64,000 bases of DNA, taken from IMG/VR virus record IMGVR_UViG_3300032038_000068, positions 4,477-68,476 of that record. One strand, written 5' to 3'. The DNA is from a virus (lineage: Duplodnaviria; Caudoviricetes). The position numbers were made by a program, and so were the translations under genes. The notes under the pieces were generated by a model. It was given only the letters and a program-made list of their open reading frames with translations, made no database searches and was not told the DNA's origin. How positions within the stretch are numbered: position 1 is the stretch's first letter; each line of letters begins with the position of its first letter. Shown piece after piece: positions 1-10,233 of the stretch.

Positions 1-1
1 G

Positions 2-3000
2 GGTATCGCGATGACGAATGCGACGTACATTGCAAAAGTTTATCTCTGGGAACCGCTTGTAGAGGGGGAGACATACACGCTTACCTTCCACAGCGATAAC
101 CTTAAAGAGACCGACCCGAGTACGGGCGCAAGGCTATACAGCATCACATCGCTTTCCGTCAGGACGCGGCATAACGCATACCTCACATCATCCACCAACC
201 TTCTCACACATCAGAGCGGGTATCAGGTGCATGACGGGAACATCTACTGCCTGACGTTCAAGTGCAAGGCGGCTACGAACTACAGCAGTCCAGGTGAACC
301 AAACCCGAGCAACGCAATATATCTGCAATCGGTAGGATTCAACCCATACACGGCAGGTGTTTGCCCGAATATCTCATGGATGATGCTCACGAAGGGCGAG
401 TCTGGTTATTCGTGGCAGGAAGCACCGCAGGGCGCAGCACACAATGACAGCCCTTGGATAACGGGCGTATATGGAGACAAGGGAGGAAGCATCACCAATG
501 CCGTACTTATCAGGGAAGGTTCGTCCTATACCGATTCGTGGTGGCAGAACAAGATCAGTGACACATCGGAAATAACATGGTCTAATGCGGCCATCGTCAA
601 TGAGAAGTGCCGTCCAGGTGACATGTTCGCCGTGCAGGGAGAGTCGTACCAGACGGGCAACAAGTACACCCTGTACTACATGTACACAAGTGGAAGCGGT
701 ACGTCGGCAAAGGGAACGTATGTGTCGCATCAGGTGTCGTATAAGGGCAATGGCATCGTATCGCAGACCGAATACTATCTTATCAGCGAATCGGACAGCG
801 GGGTATATACGGACACCGTTGGATGGACGACAACCATGCCTACCCCGACGTTGGAGAAGCCGTACCTGTGGAACTATGAGGTGACGACCTACACCGAGGG
901 CAATCCGAAGACAACCAATCCGCATGTGATTTACAACCTTGCGCAGGGTGCTGCTGGAAACAACTACATCAGCGGTGTCACCAACTACTATCTTGCTCAC
1001 GCGAACAACACTGGAGTAACGAGAAGCACATCAGGATGGGTTACAGACCCGACAGCTTCCGCAGCTCAGACAAGTGCTACCAAGCGATACCTGTGGAACT
1101 ACGAGGTGGTGGAGTGGACTGCTCCCGAAGAAGGCAGGAACCTTGTTACAACAAAGAAAGCAGACGGAAGGTGGAATCTAAGCCCGTTGCTTACGGATGA
1201 CAACCGTGCAACCGTTACCGCAAGCGTGAAGCTGACGGTCCCCGAGGGTAAGACGCATATCAAGTTTGCGCTCTACGGGAAGAATGCAAACGACCAGTCA
1301 ACATACTCGACGATGGCAAATGTCGCAGCACCCGCAGGCGAACATACACTCAGTGCCACTTTTGTCTATAACTTCAACAACTACACCTCGATAACCGATT
1401 TCCGCGTATATTGCACAACGGGAGCGAATAACAATCTGGCCTTGGCAACAGACGTGGATTGGGTGAAGTTGGAGTTCGGCAGTGCTGCAACTGCATATTC
1501 CCTTTCACCCGAGGCAATGAAGTCGATGACCGACCCGCATATCATCAGCGTACACAGCATCGACTCATACAAGTCCACATGTTTCATCAGGACGAACAAC
1601 GTACTGACCACAAGGCCTACTGGTGGCAGCTACGCAAGCCCGAAGCCCACATCGACCATAACCGATAACGGAGTGGTCAAGTCATGGGAGGACGGAATAC
1701 CTGCGGGTGAGGCAATCCTTTGGGCTACAACAAGGAAGTTCACATCTTCGGGAACGGACCAGGATACCCAATGGAGCCTGCCGCGTCAGATGACCGATAC
1801 CGACACATACGATGTCGAGTTCGCGTTGAAGTATGTCGTGAACGGCAGCGAGGATACGCCTCCTGCACCTTCGGCAAACAATCGCCACAAGGATGATTCA
1901 CCCTATGGATACAGCGGTCAGATATGGTTTGACCCTGTGAAAGACAAGTATTCCGCATCAGGTGTGTTGCGTGACTTCACCAAGATGTACTGGCGAGCCG
2001 AGCTTGAAATCAGCAACGGCGCGGCGGTAGGTGATTGGACGATACTGAGAATCAAGGGTGAGCAGGGTAACACTGGTCAGTCATCGTTCAAGTCAACGAT
2101 GTTCGTCCGTATGAACAGCACCCCGACCAAGCCTGCAAACGGCAAGGGCAGCTACTCCACACCGAGTCCTACCGACTGTCTCGCAGGCACGAACTCTTCT
2201 GGTACAAGCGTATATTGGTCTGACGGCATACCCGCAGGGACGAACAAGCTGTGGGCAACCACCCGTATTTTCTCCTCAGACGGAGAAGCACCCCAACAGA
2301 CATCTTGGTCAACACCTCGGCAGATGACGGACACAACGACCTACGATGTTGAGTTTGCCAAGAAACAGGCTAATGACGCTACTCCGAGTGACCCGACCAC
2401 TTCGCCTAATATATGGTACGATCCCGACACGGATACATCTCAGGATTTCACAAAGATGTACTGGCGTGCAGAGCGTGAGTGTGTCAATGGCGTATGGAGT
2501 AGTTGGACGATACTCAGGATAAAGGGTGAGCAGGGCGACGACGGAGATGATGCGGAGACATACGCATTGCACCCCGTGGAGAACGGAGAGACATGCAGGA
2601 TGTACTACAACACCAACACCTCTAAGTACGTCATTATGGTGGCATTGGACTATAAGGTGATGCACATCGTAGGTGCTACCCCGACAGAGATGACAAGCGG
2701 TGTGACCGTGAGATGGAAGTTCAACAACCGAGCGGACTCCACATACACGAATCTTACCTACAAGAGCAGCAAGTGGACGAACTACGGAACAAGTGCATAC
2801 CCGACAACGAACTACAGTCCTACGGGTGACTTGTCGTCGGCCACGACAGTCATTGTTCAGCTCGTCATCAACAACGAGGTCAAGGATACACGTTCAGTTC
2901 CCCTGACATTTGCGGCACAGGCTGTAAGAGATACAGACGAAAACGGAAGATACTTGCGCGACATCGTAACTGGGACGGGCTACGAAGGCGGCTCTCTTGT

Positions 3001-4663
3001 AAACCACCTTGCTACCGTCGAACATACGATGTTGGAGATAACGTCACAGGTGTCAACCATCAGTTCGGAATACGTCTCGCAGTCAACGCTCACGCAGACC
3101 GCTGCATCAATCAACTCAAAGGTGTACGGTGGACTGGTAAACGGCGCGAACCTGCTGCTTGACTCGAAGAACCAGACATCGGGATTTGACTCCTCGCTAT
3201 CAACAGCAGCCGTTCAGGAGCAGACAAAGAAATACTTCGCATGTTTCAACTTCGGAAGTACGAAACCTGGCCCTGGTGATTCAATCATCATATCATGGCA
3301 GCAGACGAATGTGAGTGGTGCCGTTTACCGTGTAGGATTGTACGGCATTCTCCCGACGGGAAGCTACGGCACACTGAAAACAAGCGGCGACCTGACGACC
3401 ACCGCAAGCGGCTACTATGCCTACAAGGTGACATTGGATAACAACTACACCTGCTACAAGGCATATATCTACACTAAGCAGGATGCTGATAATGTTTCGT
3501 CCATCACTCAGGTCGCTTGGGCAAAAGCCGAGTTCTGCGACCAGAACGCAACGTATGAGGATGCGACAGAGTGGACTCCCGCAATCGTGGAAACGGGTAG
3601 CGAGATAAGCCAGACCGCAGACAAGATTATCATGGCTGTTGAAGGTACTGGCATCGACATCACGAATCAGCAGATTACGCTTAATGGCGATACGCAGATA
3701 AACGGTACGTTGTCCCTCTCCAATACGGGCGACGGCTTCATGCTGCGTTCGGACAGCGGTTCTGCGCTGATAACACCAGGGTCGATAGGCTCATACAGCA
3801 ACTTCAACGAGACCACCTATACAAGCACCCCGCAATACCACCAAGAAGCTGGTGGGTTCTATAAGGAGGGCAATTATTACAGGACGATACCTTACAGCAT
3901 GTATGTCAACCTCGGTACGTTCAGTTCCAACTCCGAGATAAGGGTGCAGAGCCTCACGTTCAGCCATATCGTGCTTACGGACAACTATCCTTCCGTGACA
4001 GGTACTGAGGAAGGAACAATCACATTCTATGAGGGTAGCGACGAGGAATCGTACCCACTCACAACGGGAACGACATACAGCTACACGACATCCGTCAACG
4101 GAGCATCGGTAAGCATCCGTATCTCAGGTTTCTTCAAGGTAGCATCGGGTACGACATCCTATACCCTCTTGGATTCGCTGAAATCTGGCAACATCGTGAC
4201 GATGTTCGGCTTCACACTGAGAACGCCTGTTCAGGGTGCATTTGTAAGGATTGCATCGGACGGATTCGGTGTTAACAGCGGAAACGGAAAGACCGCTTAC
4301 TTCGGTCCCGATGGTGTGCATGTGACACCGCTGTTGCAGAGCGTCAAGACCATATCCAACAGCGATGGTTCATCGTACACCGCCAATGTCACGGATGATG
4401 TGATTATCGTCACAAGAACATCTGCCACCACCGTCACCCTTCCAACGAACGGCAACATTCCTGCGGGAAAGACCATTTACATCAAGAACACTGGGTCGTC
4501 AACACTGACCATCCAAGCCATTTACGGAAGCGGAACTGGTATGCTGTGGAAGGGGAATGCAAATTCTGCGACAGGTATGGACTCGGTAGGTAACAAGATG
4601 ACCTACTACATATCATTCGATACGGGTAGCGGTATAGGATGGCTACAAGGATATTGCGGATAA
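2..4663 (+). CDS. Large modular tail fibre / receptor-binding protein, 5'-truncated by the window edge
   Basis: 1550-aa ORF whose frame is open back to base 2; Thr/Ser/Gly-rich with repeated modules (YLWNYE; W.DGIP..PRQMTD..YDVEFA; NLLLDSKNQ); precedes holin-endolysin. Confidence 0.8.
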   Translation, partial: GIAMTNATYIAKVYLWEPLVEGETYTLTFHSDNLKETDPSTGARLYSITSLSVRTRHNAYLTSSTNLLTHQSGYQVHDGNIYCLTFKCKAATNYSSPGEPNPSNAIYLQSVGFNPYTAGVCPNISWMMLTKGESGYSWQEAPQGAAHNDSPWITGVYGDKGGSITNAVLIREGSSYTDSWWQNKISDTSEITWSNAAIVNEKCRPGDMFAVQGESYQTGNKYTLYYMYTSGSGTSAKGTYVSHQVSYKGNGIVSQTEYYLISESDSGVYTDTVGWTTTMPTPTLEKPYLWNYEVTTYTEGNPKTTNPHVIYNLAQGAAGNNYISGVTNYYLAHANNTGVTRSTSGWVTDPTASAAQTSATKRYLWNYEVVEWTAPEEGRNLVTTKKADGRWNLSPLLTDDNRATVTASVKLTVPEGKTHIKFALYGKNANDQSTYSTMANVAAPAGEHTLSATFVYNFNNYTSITDFRVYCTTGANNNLALATDVDWVKLEFGSAATAYSLSPEAMKSMTDPHIISVHSIDSYKSTCFIRTNNVLTTRPTGGSYASPKPTSTITDNGVVKSWEDGIPAGEAILWATTRKFTSSGTDQDTQWSLPRQMTDTDTYDVEFALKYVVNGSEDTPPAPSANNRHKDDSPYGYSGQIWFDPVKDKYSASGVLRDFTKMYWRAELEISNGAAVGDWTILRIKGEQGNTGQSSFKSTMFVRMNSTPTKPANGKGSYSTPSPTDCLAGTNSSGTSVYWSDGIPAGTNKLWATTRIFSSDGEAPQQTSWSTPRQMTDTTTYDVEFAKKQANDATPSDPTTSPNIWYDPDTDTSQDFTKMYWRAERECVNGVWSSWTILRIKGEQGDDGDDAETYALHPVENGETCRMYYNTNTSKYVIMVALDYKVMHIVGATPTEMTSGVTVRWKFNNRADSTYTNLTYKSSKWTNYGTSAYPTTNYSPTGDLSSATTVIVQLVINNEVKDTRSVPLTFAAQAVRDTDENGRYLRDIVTGTGYEGGSLVNHLATVEHTMLEITSQVSTISSEYVSQSTLTQTAASINSKVYGGLVNGANLLLDSKNQTSGFDSSLSTAAVQEQTKKYFACFNFGSTKPGPGDSIIISWQQTNVSGAVYRVGLYGILPTGSYGTLKTSGDLTTTASGYYAYKVTLDNNYTCYKAYIYTKQDADNVSSITQVAWAKAEFCDQNATYEDATEWTPAIVETGSEISQTADKIIMAVEGTGIDITNQQITLNGDTQINGTLSLSNTGDGFMLRSDSGSALITPGSIGSYSNFNETTYTSTPQYHQEAGGFYKEGNYYRTIPYSMYVNLGTFSSNSEIRVQSLTFSHIVLTDNYPSVTGTEEGTITFYEGSDEESYPLTTGTTYSYTTSVNGASVSIRISGFFKVASGTTSYTLLDSLKSGNIVTMFGFTLRTPVQGAFVRIASDGFGVNSGNGKTAYFGPDGVHVTPLLQSVKTISNSDGSSYTANVTDDVIIVTRTSATTVTLPTNGNIPAGKTIYIKNTGSSTLTIQAIYGSGTGMLWKGNANSATGMDSVGNKMTYYISFDTGSGIGWLQGYCG

Positions 4664-4693
4664 TAAACTTAAACAAAGGAAAGGAATAAAGAG

Positions 4694-5173
4694 ATGGTAG
4701 AACAGATTAAAGGAGTATTACTAATGGTTTTCAGCGCACTGAGCGGTTTCTTCATGCCGATACAAGACCTCATGCTTGCAATACTGATATTGCTCGGTGT
4801 GAACTTCTTGTCAGGGTGGATTGAAGATTCCATTCATGCCGATGGATGGAAGTGGAAAAAGGCATTCAAGGCATTCTATGAGTGCTGTATCTTATGTGGC
4901 ATCGGTGCATTCATCTTCATCATGGGTCACTACATGCACAAGCAGGATGCAAGCGTCCAGTGCCTTACCGCCATCTACTTCGCAGCCATTTGGTTCTACA
5001 GCGTGAACATCCTCGGGAATTGGAAGAAGATCCTCGTCAAGGGTACGACCATCTACCGCTTCATCAACTTCCTGCACTGGCTTGTCAGTATGAAGTTTGT
5101 GGAGAAGATTCCGTACCTGAGTGAGTTTATCAACAACGGAGAAGGAGGGGAAAATGAAGGTAACAAAGAGTGA
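4694..5173 (+). CDS. Holin
   Basis: 159 aa with several hydrophobic segments and a charged C-terminus, overlapping the endolysin start. Confidence 0.75.
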   Translation: MVEQIKGVLLMVFSALSGFFMPIQDLMLAILILLGVNFLSGWIEDSIHADGWKWKKAFKAFYECCILCGIGAFIFIMGHYMHKQDASVQCLTAIYFAAIWFYSVNILGNWKKILVKGTTIYRFINFLHWLVSMKFVEKIPYLSEFINNGEGGENEGNKE

Positions 5174-5780
5174 ACTGCTGCGCATCTGCCCGAACTACCC
5201 TGCTGACAGGATAGATACCGATGTGGTGGTGTTGAACGCTTGGATGGAGCCGTTCGGTATTACTACGGCATTGCGGTTTGCGCATTTCATCAGCCAACTT
5301 GCTTTCGAGAGTAATCAGTTCAGGTCTTTGGAGGAAAACCTCAACTATTCTGCCGACAGGTTGTTGCAGGTCTTCCCGAAGTATTTCAAGGACAGGGCAA
5401 CGGCTGAGAGGTACGCACGTCATCCCGAGATGATAGCCAACAGGGTCTATGCGAACCGAATGGGTAACGGAGATGAGGCATCGGGCGATGGGTGGAAATA
5501 CCGTGGACGAGGCTATATCCAACTGACGGGAAAGCAGAACTATTTGGCATACGAAACAAGTGGTTTCTGCAACGGACATCTTACGGCACATCCCGAATGG
5601 CTTGTCAAGAGTCCAGGAAGGATCAAGAGTGCGCTATGGTTTTGGTACAAGAGCGGATGCAACAAACTCGCTGATGCCGATGACATACGCACCATCACTC
5701 AGAGAATTAACGGTGGTATGAACGGTTTTGCCGACCGACAATACTACTTACGGAGAGCAAAGAGAGTAATGTTCATTTAA
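5154..5780 (+). CDS. Endolysin, glycoside hydrolase family 19
   Basis: HFISQLAFES, EENLNYS and GDGWKYRGRGYIQLTG motifs typical of phage GH19; likely start ATG 5154 (MKVTKSELL). Confidence 0.9.
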   Translation: MKVTKSELLRICPNYPADRIDTDVVVLNAWMEPFGITTALRFAHFISQLAFESNQFRSLEENLNYSADRLLQVFPKYFKDRATAERYARHPEMIANRVYANRMGNGDEASGDGWKYRGRGYIQLTGKQNYLAYETSGFCNGHLTAHPEWLVKSPGRIKSALWFWYKSGCNKLADADDIRTITQRINGGMNGFADRQYYLRRAKRVMFI

Positions 5781-5791
5781 CACAATAATAT

Positions 5792-7474
5792 ATGGAAGAG
5801 AACAAAATACTTGCATACGTTCGGGGGAATGATGTACTGTTCATAGTTTCAGTGACCACCCCTGAGATTGATGGGGAAGGACAGCCCATAGAGGACAGTT
5901 ACGTTCCCGTTGACTTCACTGGGTGGGATGACTATTCCCTCCGTGTGGTCAAGCAGGGAGTGACGAGAACCATCGTTGCCGAGAGCAGTCAGCTTGTCGA
6001 GGGAGAGGACGGAAAGATTGTTGTCGATGTTCCCTACACTGCACAATGCGGAACCTACTCGCTTGAACTTGTCGGCAGGCAGAACGGCCGTCATGAGCGT
6101 TCATACGAAATCATGATGTTCGCTATCGTCGAGAGCAACGACAAGGCGAACCTTATCTATGAAGTCATTGACGGTTACAAGTCAACCGACTTGGATATTA
6201 CCGTTCAGATGGTGTCTTCCGCATTGGTCTATGGAGAGAATGCCTATCAGATGTGGAAGCATCTCCCTGGCAACGAGGACAAGACCTTGCAGGACTACAT
6301 TGACGAGGTGTTAGACCTTGCATCAATGACGCAGGAATGCGCTGACATTATTGAGAATGCCAAGCCAGACTTGATATATGAGGACAACTACGTTTACCGT
6401 TGGAATCCTGTAACCCACGCCTACGCCAAGACAAACATATATGTGAAAGGCGATCAGGGTGAGCAAGGAGAACAAGGCATTCAGGGAATCCAAGGCGTCC
6501 AAGGTATTCAAGGTGAGCGCGGTCTGCAAGGAGAACGTGGCGAGAAAGGCGATGATGGTGTAGGAATATCAGGAATCGAGTTTGAGGAAACGGATCAAGA
6601 CGGTAACAATGTGTATAACATCTACACCACGGATGAAAATTCCTATCAGCTTGTGTCGCCAAGAGGTCCGTCTGGTCAGGATGGTCAGGACGGAACGGAT
6701 GGTGCGCCTGGTCTTCCTGGTGCAGACGGTCAGGATGGCATTACCCCGCATATTGATGTCACTACGGGTAATTGGTTCGTAGGAAGCACCGATACGGGTA
6801 TTCATGCTCAGGGACAGCAGGGTATTCAAGGCCCCGCAGGTCAGGACGGACAGGACGGACAGAATGGTACTAACGGTACTAACGGTGTGGATGGTATCAC
6901 TCCGCATATCGACTCTACCAATAAACATTGGATGATAGGTACCGAGGACACTGGAATTGTAGCCGAGGGTCAAGATGGCCGTGACGGTACCAATGGAACC
7001 AATGGCACAAACGGAACAGATGGCGCAGACGGTATTACTCCCCATATAGACAGCACCACAGGTAACTGGTTCATCGGTGATGAGAATACAGGTGTTCATG
7101 CTCAGGGACCACAAGGTGTTCCTGGTACTACTCCTGACATCAGTGGCAAGGAAGACAAGTTAGCAATAGACTCTACCGCAAAGACGGCATCATTCACGGC
7201 AAGCGTAGGAAACTACTACAAAGTGAACATTGCTGCAAGTGGTAGTATTACCATCACTCTCACAACACCTACTGACAGCACCCATGTAAGCAGTGCGGTG
7301 TTTTTTGTGACAACTTCTACAAGTCCTGCATTGACCTTTTCGGCAGCAAGCGGAGTTACCGTTTATAAGGCATCTTCTTACTCCATTGAGGCAAGCAAGG
7401 TATATGAAGTCAATGCCCTTTGGAATGGCATTGCGTGGAGTATTGCAAGTGTAGAACTTGAAGCACAATCATAG
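5792..7474 (+). CDS. Collagen-like tail fibre / appendage protein
   Basis: Gly-X-Y runs and three DGITPHID.T...W..G..DTG..A.G repeats; globular N- and C-terminal domains. Confidence 0.8.
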   Translation: MEENKILAYVRGNDVLFIVSVTTPEIDGEGQPIEDSYVPVDFTGWDDYSLRVVKQGVTRTIVAESSQLVEGEDGKIVVDVPYTAQCGTYSLELVGRQNGRHERSYEIMMFAIVESNDKANLIYEVIDGYKSTDLDITVQMVSSALVYGENAYQMWKHLPGNEDKTLQDYIDEVLDLASMTQECADIIENAKPDLIYEDNYVYRWNPVTHAYAKTNIYVKGDQGEQGEQGIQGIQGVQGIQGERGLQGERGEKGDDGVGISGIEFEETDQDGNNVYNIYTTDENSYQLVSPRGPSGQDGQDGTDGAPGLPGADGQDGITPHIDVTTGNWFVGSTDTGIHAQGQQGIQGPAGQDGQDGQNGTNGTNGVDGITPHIDSTNKHWMIGTEDTGIVAEGQDGRDGTNGTNGTNGTDGADGITPHIDSTTGNWFIGDENTGVHAQGPQGVPGTTPDISGKEDKLAIDSTAKTASFTASVGNYYKVNIAASGSITITLTTPTDSTHVSSAVFFVTTSTSPALTFSAASGVTVYKASSYSIEASKVYEVNALWNGIAWSIASVELEAQS

Positions 7475-7486
7475 AAAGGAGGCATT

Positions 7487-8671
7487 ATGATTGCAGTGAA
7501 TAGACGAAGGTATATGGGTGGTGGAGGCGATATTGATTGGAGTAAGCAATACCTCACATTTGAAGCGTTGGAAGATGGTACTTTCAAGCATAATTCCGAT
7601 GCTTTGGAATATTCTCTTGATGGGGGCAGCACTTGGGTTTCACTTGCTGCAAATACAGATACACCCACTATTTCAGCAGGTAATACTATCCTGTGGAGAG
7701 GCAATATGTCTGTGGGTGGTAATACAAGGTATTTTGTTTCAACAGGAAAATTCAATGCAAGCGGCAATCCACTTAGCTTGAAAAATGGAGATAACTTTAT
7801 TAACGCGAATCCTGTCGCAAATAATTTTTACTTCCTGTTCTACAACTGCACAGGACTTGTAAGCGCAAAGAATGTCATTATACCTTCGAATATTTCGGGA
7901 AAGAATAGTATATGCGGTTCCATGTTCAGAGGTTGCACATCACTTGTAGAAGCTCCTGAACTTCCTGCTACAACACTAAGCTCTTCTTGCTACAACTATA
8001 TGTTTTACGGTTGCACTTCATTGATTGTTGCTCCAGAATTACCAGCCACAACATTGGTAGGCAACTGTTACGATAATATGTTCTATGGCTGCACATCGCT
8101 AACAACAGCACCACCAAAACTACCCGCTGTAACATTGCAGAATGCTTGCTATTCAAACATGTTCAGAAATTGTACGTCATTAACAACACCTCCACAAACA
8201 TTACCAGCTACAACATTAAAATCACAATGTTACCAATACATGTTTATGGGCTGCACATCTTTGACCACGACTCCAACTATGGCACCGACCATATTGGCAA
8301 ATAAGTGCTGTCAAGGAATGTTCTCAGGTTGCACCTCATTGGAAAATGTGATGCTCACTCTTCCTGCAACTACGCTTGAATCGTCTTGCTATTATGCTAT
8401 GTTTGTAAACACAAAAATAGCAACTGCGCCATACTTGCCTGCAACTACGCTTGTTACAGATTGCTATGGAATGCTGTTTGATGGGTGCTCCAAATTGAAT
8501 TACATAAAGGCAATGTTTACAACGACTCCAGGAACAAGTTATACAGTAAACTGGGTAAGAAATGTACCTTCTGGTGGTACATTTGTAAAGAACTCGGCAG
8601 CAACTTGGGCAGACACATTTGGAAATAACGCTATACCTACTGGCTGGACTGTTGAAACCGCATCATCTTAA
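7487..8671 (+). CDS. BspA-like leucine-rich-repeat protein
   Basis: Tandem CY..MF.GCTSL..AP.LPATTL repeats; C-terminal IPTGWTV. Confidence 0.8.
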   Translation: MIAVNRRRYMGGGGDIDWSKQYLTFEALEDGTFKHNSDALEYSLDGGSTWVSLAANTDTPTISAGNTILWRGNMSVGGNTRYFVSTGKFNASGNPLSLKNGDNFINANPVANNFYFLFYNCTGLVSAKNVIIPSNISGKNSICGSMFRGCTSLVEAPELPATTLSSSCYNYMFYGCTSLIVAPELPATTLVGNCYDNMFYGCTSLTTAPPKLPAVTLQNACYSNMFRNCTSLTTPPQTLPATTLKSQCYQYMFMGCTSLTTTPTMAPTILANKCCQGMFSGCTSLENVMLTLPATTLESSCYYAMFVNTKIATAPYLPATTLVTDCYGMLFDGCSKLNYIKAMFTTTPGTSYTVNWVRNVPSGGTFVKNSAATWADTFGNNAIPTGWTVETASS

Positions 8672-8682
8672 AATAAAGGAAT

Positions 8683-9210
8683 ATGAAGAAGTATTATAAC
8701 AGCACCACAAAGGAGTGGTACATCGAAGGTCAGTCAGTGACCAAGTATATAGACGGAAGCCTGTTTTCGGGCATTCCAAGTGTTGAACAACTTGAATCTT
8801 GGGGATTTGAGGAATGGGTAGAACCTACTCCAACCCCCGAAGAACTATTGGCAAGAGCCAAGGCAAGCAAGATAGCAGAGCTTGAAGCCTATGATACTTC
8901 TGAGGAGGTCAACTCATTCAGTGTGGATGGCAAGACCATGTGGCTTGATGCAGCGACAAGGCAGCAGCTTAGAATCTCTCTTGATGCCATGCAGCAGGCA
9001 GGCAGGGAGAATGTGACCAAGTGGTTTGATGGTGTGGAATACACCTACCCGATAGATGTGTGGTACTACATGCTCGGACAAGTAGAGGTGTATGCTGCTG
9101 ATGCTCTCAATATGACTGAAAGCCACAAGGCAGCGATAAATGCACTGGAGAGTATTGAGGATGTGGAGGCATATCAGTTTACGGGATACCCAGAAAAGTT
9201 AAGTTTCTAA
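8683..9210 (+). CDS. Tail fibre assembly-like protein (DUF4376-like)
   Basis: Follows fibre/LRR genes; AKASKIAELEAYD..VNSF...WLD..TR pattern. Confidence 0.55.
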   Translation: MKKYYNSTTKEWYIEGQSVTKYIDGSLFSGIPSVEQLESWGFEEWVEPTPTPEELLARAKASKIAELEAYDTSEEVNSFSVDGKTMWLDAATRQQLRISLDAMQQAGRENVTKWFDGVEYTYPIDVWYYMLGQVEVYAADALNMTESHKAAINALESIEDVEAYQFTGYPEKLSF

Positions 9211-9232
9211 GTTTAACTAAAAAGATAAGATT

Positions 9233-9493
9233 ATGAAAGGTTGGCTAAATGTATTATTGGCTGTATTAGCAGCAATTTTCGGAGTGATGCAAGAGGTATG
9301 GTTGGGAACTGAACCTAACTTCTTATCCTTCTTTGCAATGAGCGCAAGCTACGCTGTGTGCTTTACATTTGGTGCTGAGATTCTAAGAATGGTATTCGTG
9401 AAAGGTCATCAGTGGTCTTGGAAGGACATCATCTTCGGAGGACTCTGCGGTATATTAACGGCAATAGCGGCTACTGCGGTATGCGTATTGTAG
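9233..9493 (+). CDS. Small membrane protein
   Basis: 86 aa, about three hydrophobic segments. Confidence 0.7.
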   Translation: MKGWLNVLLAVLAAIFGVMQEVWLGTEPNFLSFFAMSASYAVCFTFGAEILRMVFVKGHQWSWKDIIFGGLCGILTAIAATAVCVL

Positions 9494-9735
9494 ATAAGTT
9501 GGCGAAGGTGGGGAGTGACAAGTTCCTCCACCTTCTTGCATGTCAGGTAATCGCCTTTGTCGCAGCCTATCTTGAATCGCTTGCCGATGGAAGGTACATA
9601 GGTGCTGCAATGGGATTCGTTGTCGCAATGGCAGTTGGTATCGTAAAGGAGATGACTGACAAGAGTGTTGACAAGGGCGACCTTGTTGCGGACTTCATAG
9701 GAGCCGTGACGGGTGCGCTGTATTTTCTAATCTAA
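9481..9735 (+). CDS. Small membrane protein (VanZ/YfiM-like)
   Basis: Start ATG 9481; DKFLH..., GIVKE..D and DLVADFIG pattern; hydrophobic helices. Confidence 0.6.
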   Translation: MRIVDKLAKVGSDKFLHLLACQVIAFVAAYLESLADGRYIGAAMGFVVAMAVGIVKEMTDKSVDKGDLVADFIGAVTGALYFLI

Positions 9736-9747
9736 AATTCAAAAGTT

Positions 9748-10233
9748 ATGGAAGTATTACTTGCTTTATTATCGTTTATGGTTGCAGGATGTTATATCGG
9801 ACATTTCTGCATCGTGAAGAAGGGTGCGCCCGAGTCTATCAGTTCGCTTGTCTATGGGATGCAACACAAGTGGCTGTGGAGTGTATGGATTGTTGCAGTG
9901 GGTATGCTGCTGTTCCCTCGGCTGATGACCAAGATGCCTGAGATGTGGCAGTTCGTTGGTTTTTTGATGATCCTCGCACTTATCGGTACTGCACTCACTC
10001 CTTTGTTTGTTACTGAGAAGAGAACGGCTCATTACATCATCGGCAGCATTCTCGGCTTGCTTGTACTGGCTTGTGTGTATATCATCTCTCCGTGGTGGCT
10101 GTTGGTACTAATCCCCGTAGTTCCATTGACGGGAATGTCTATGTCGGATGATTGTCCCCAGTGGCTTGACGGAAAGATTCTCTTCTTTGCCGAATTAGCC
10201 TGTTTAATCGCTCTCTACGGCTCTCTGATATGA
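9748..10233 (+). CDS. Multi-pass membrane protein
   Basis: 161 aa, about six hydrophobic segments. Confidence 0.75.
   Translation: MEVLLALLSFMVAGCYIGHFCIVKKGAPESISSLVYGMQHKWLWSVWIVAVGMLLFPRLMTKMPEMWQFVGFLMILALIGTALTPLFVTEKRTAHYIIGSILGLLVLACVYIISPWWLLVLIPVVPLTGMSMSDDCPQWLDGKILFFAELACLIALYGSLI

Noticed and set aside
7487-8671. LRR gene as a diversity-generating retroelement target
   Set aside because: No reverse transcriptase ORF and no adenine-variant TR/VR repeat pair seen in the window
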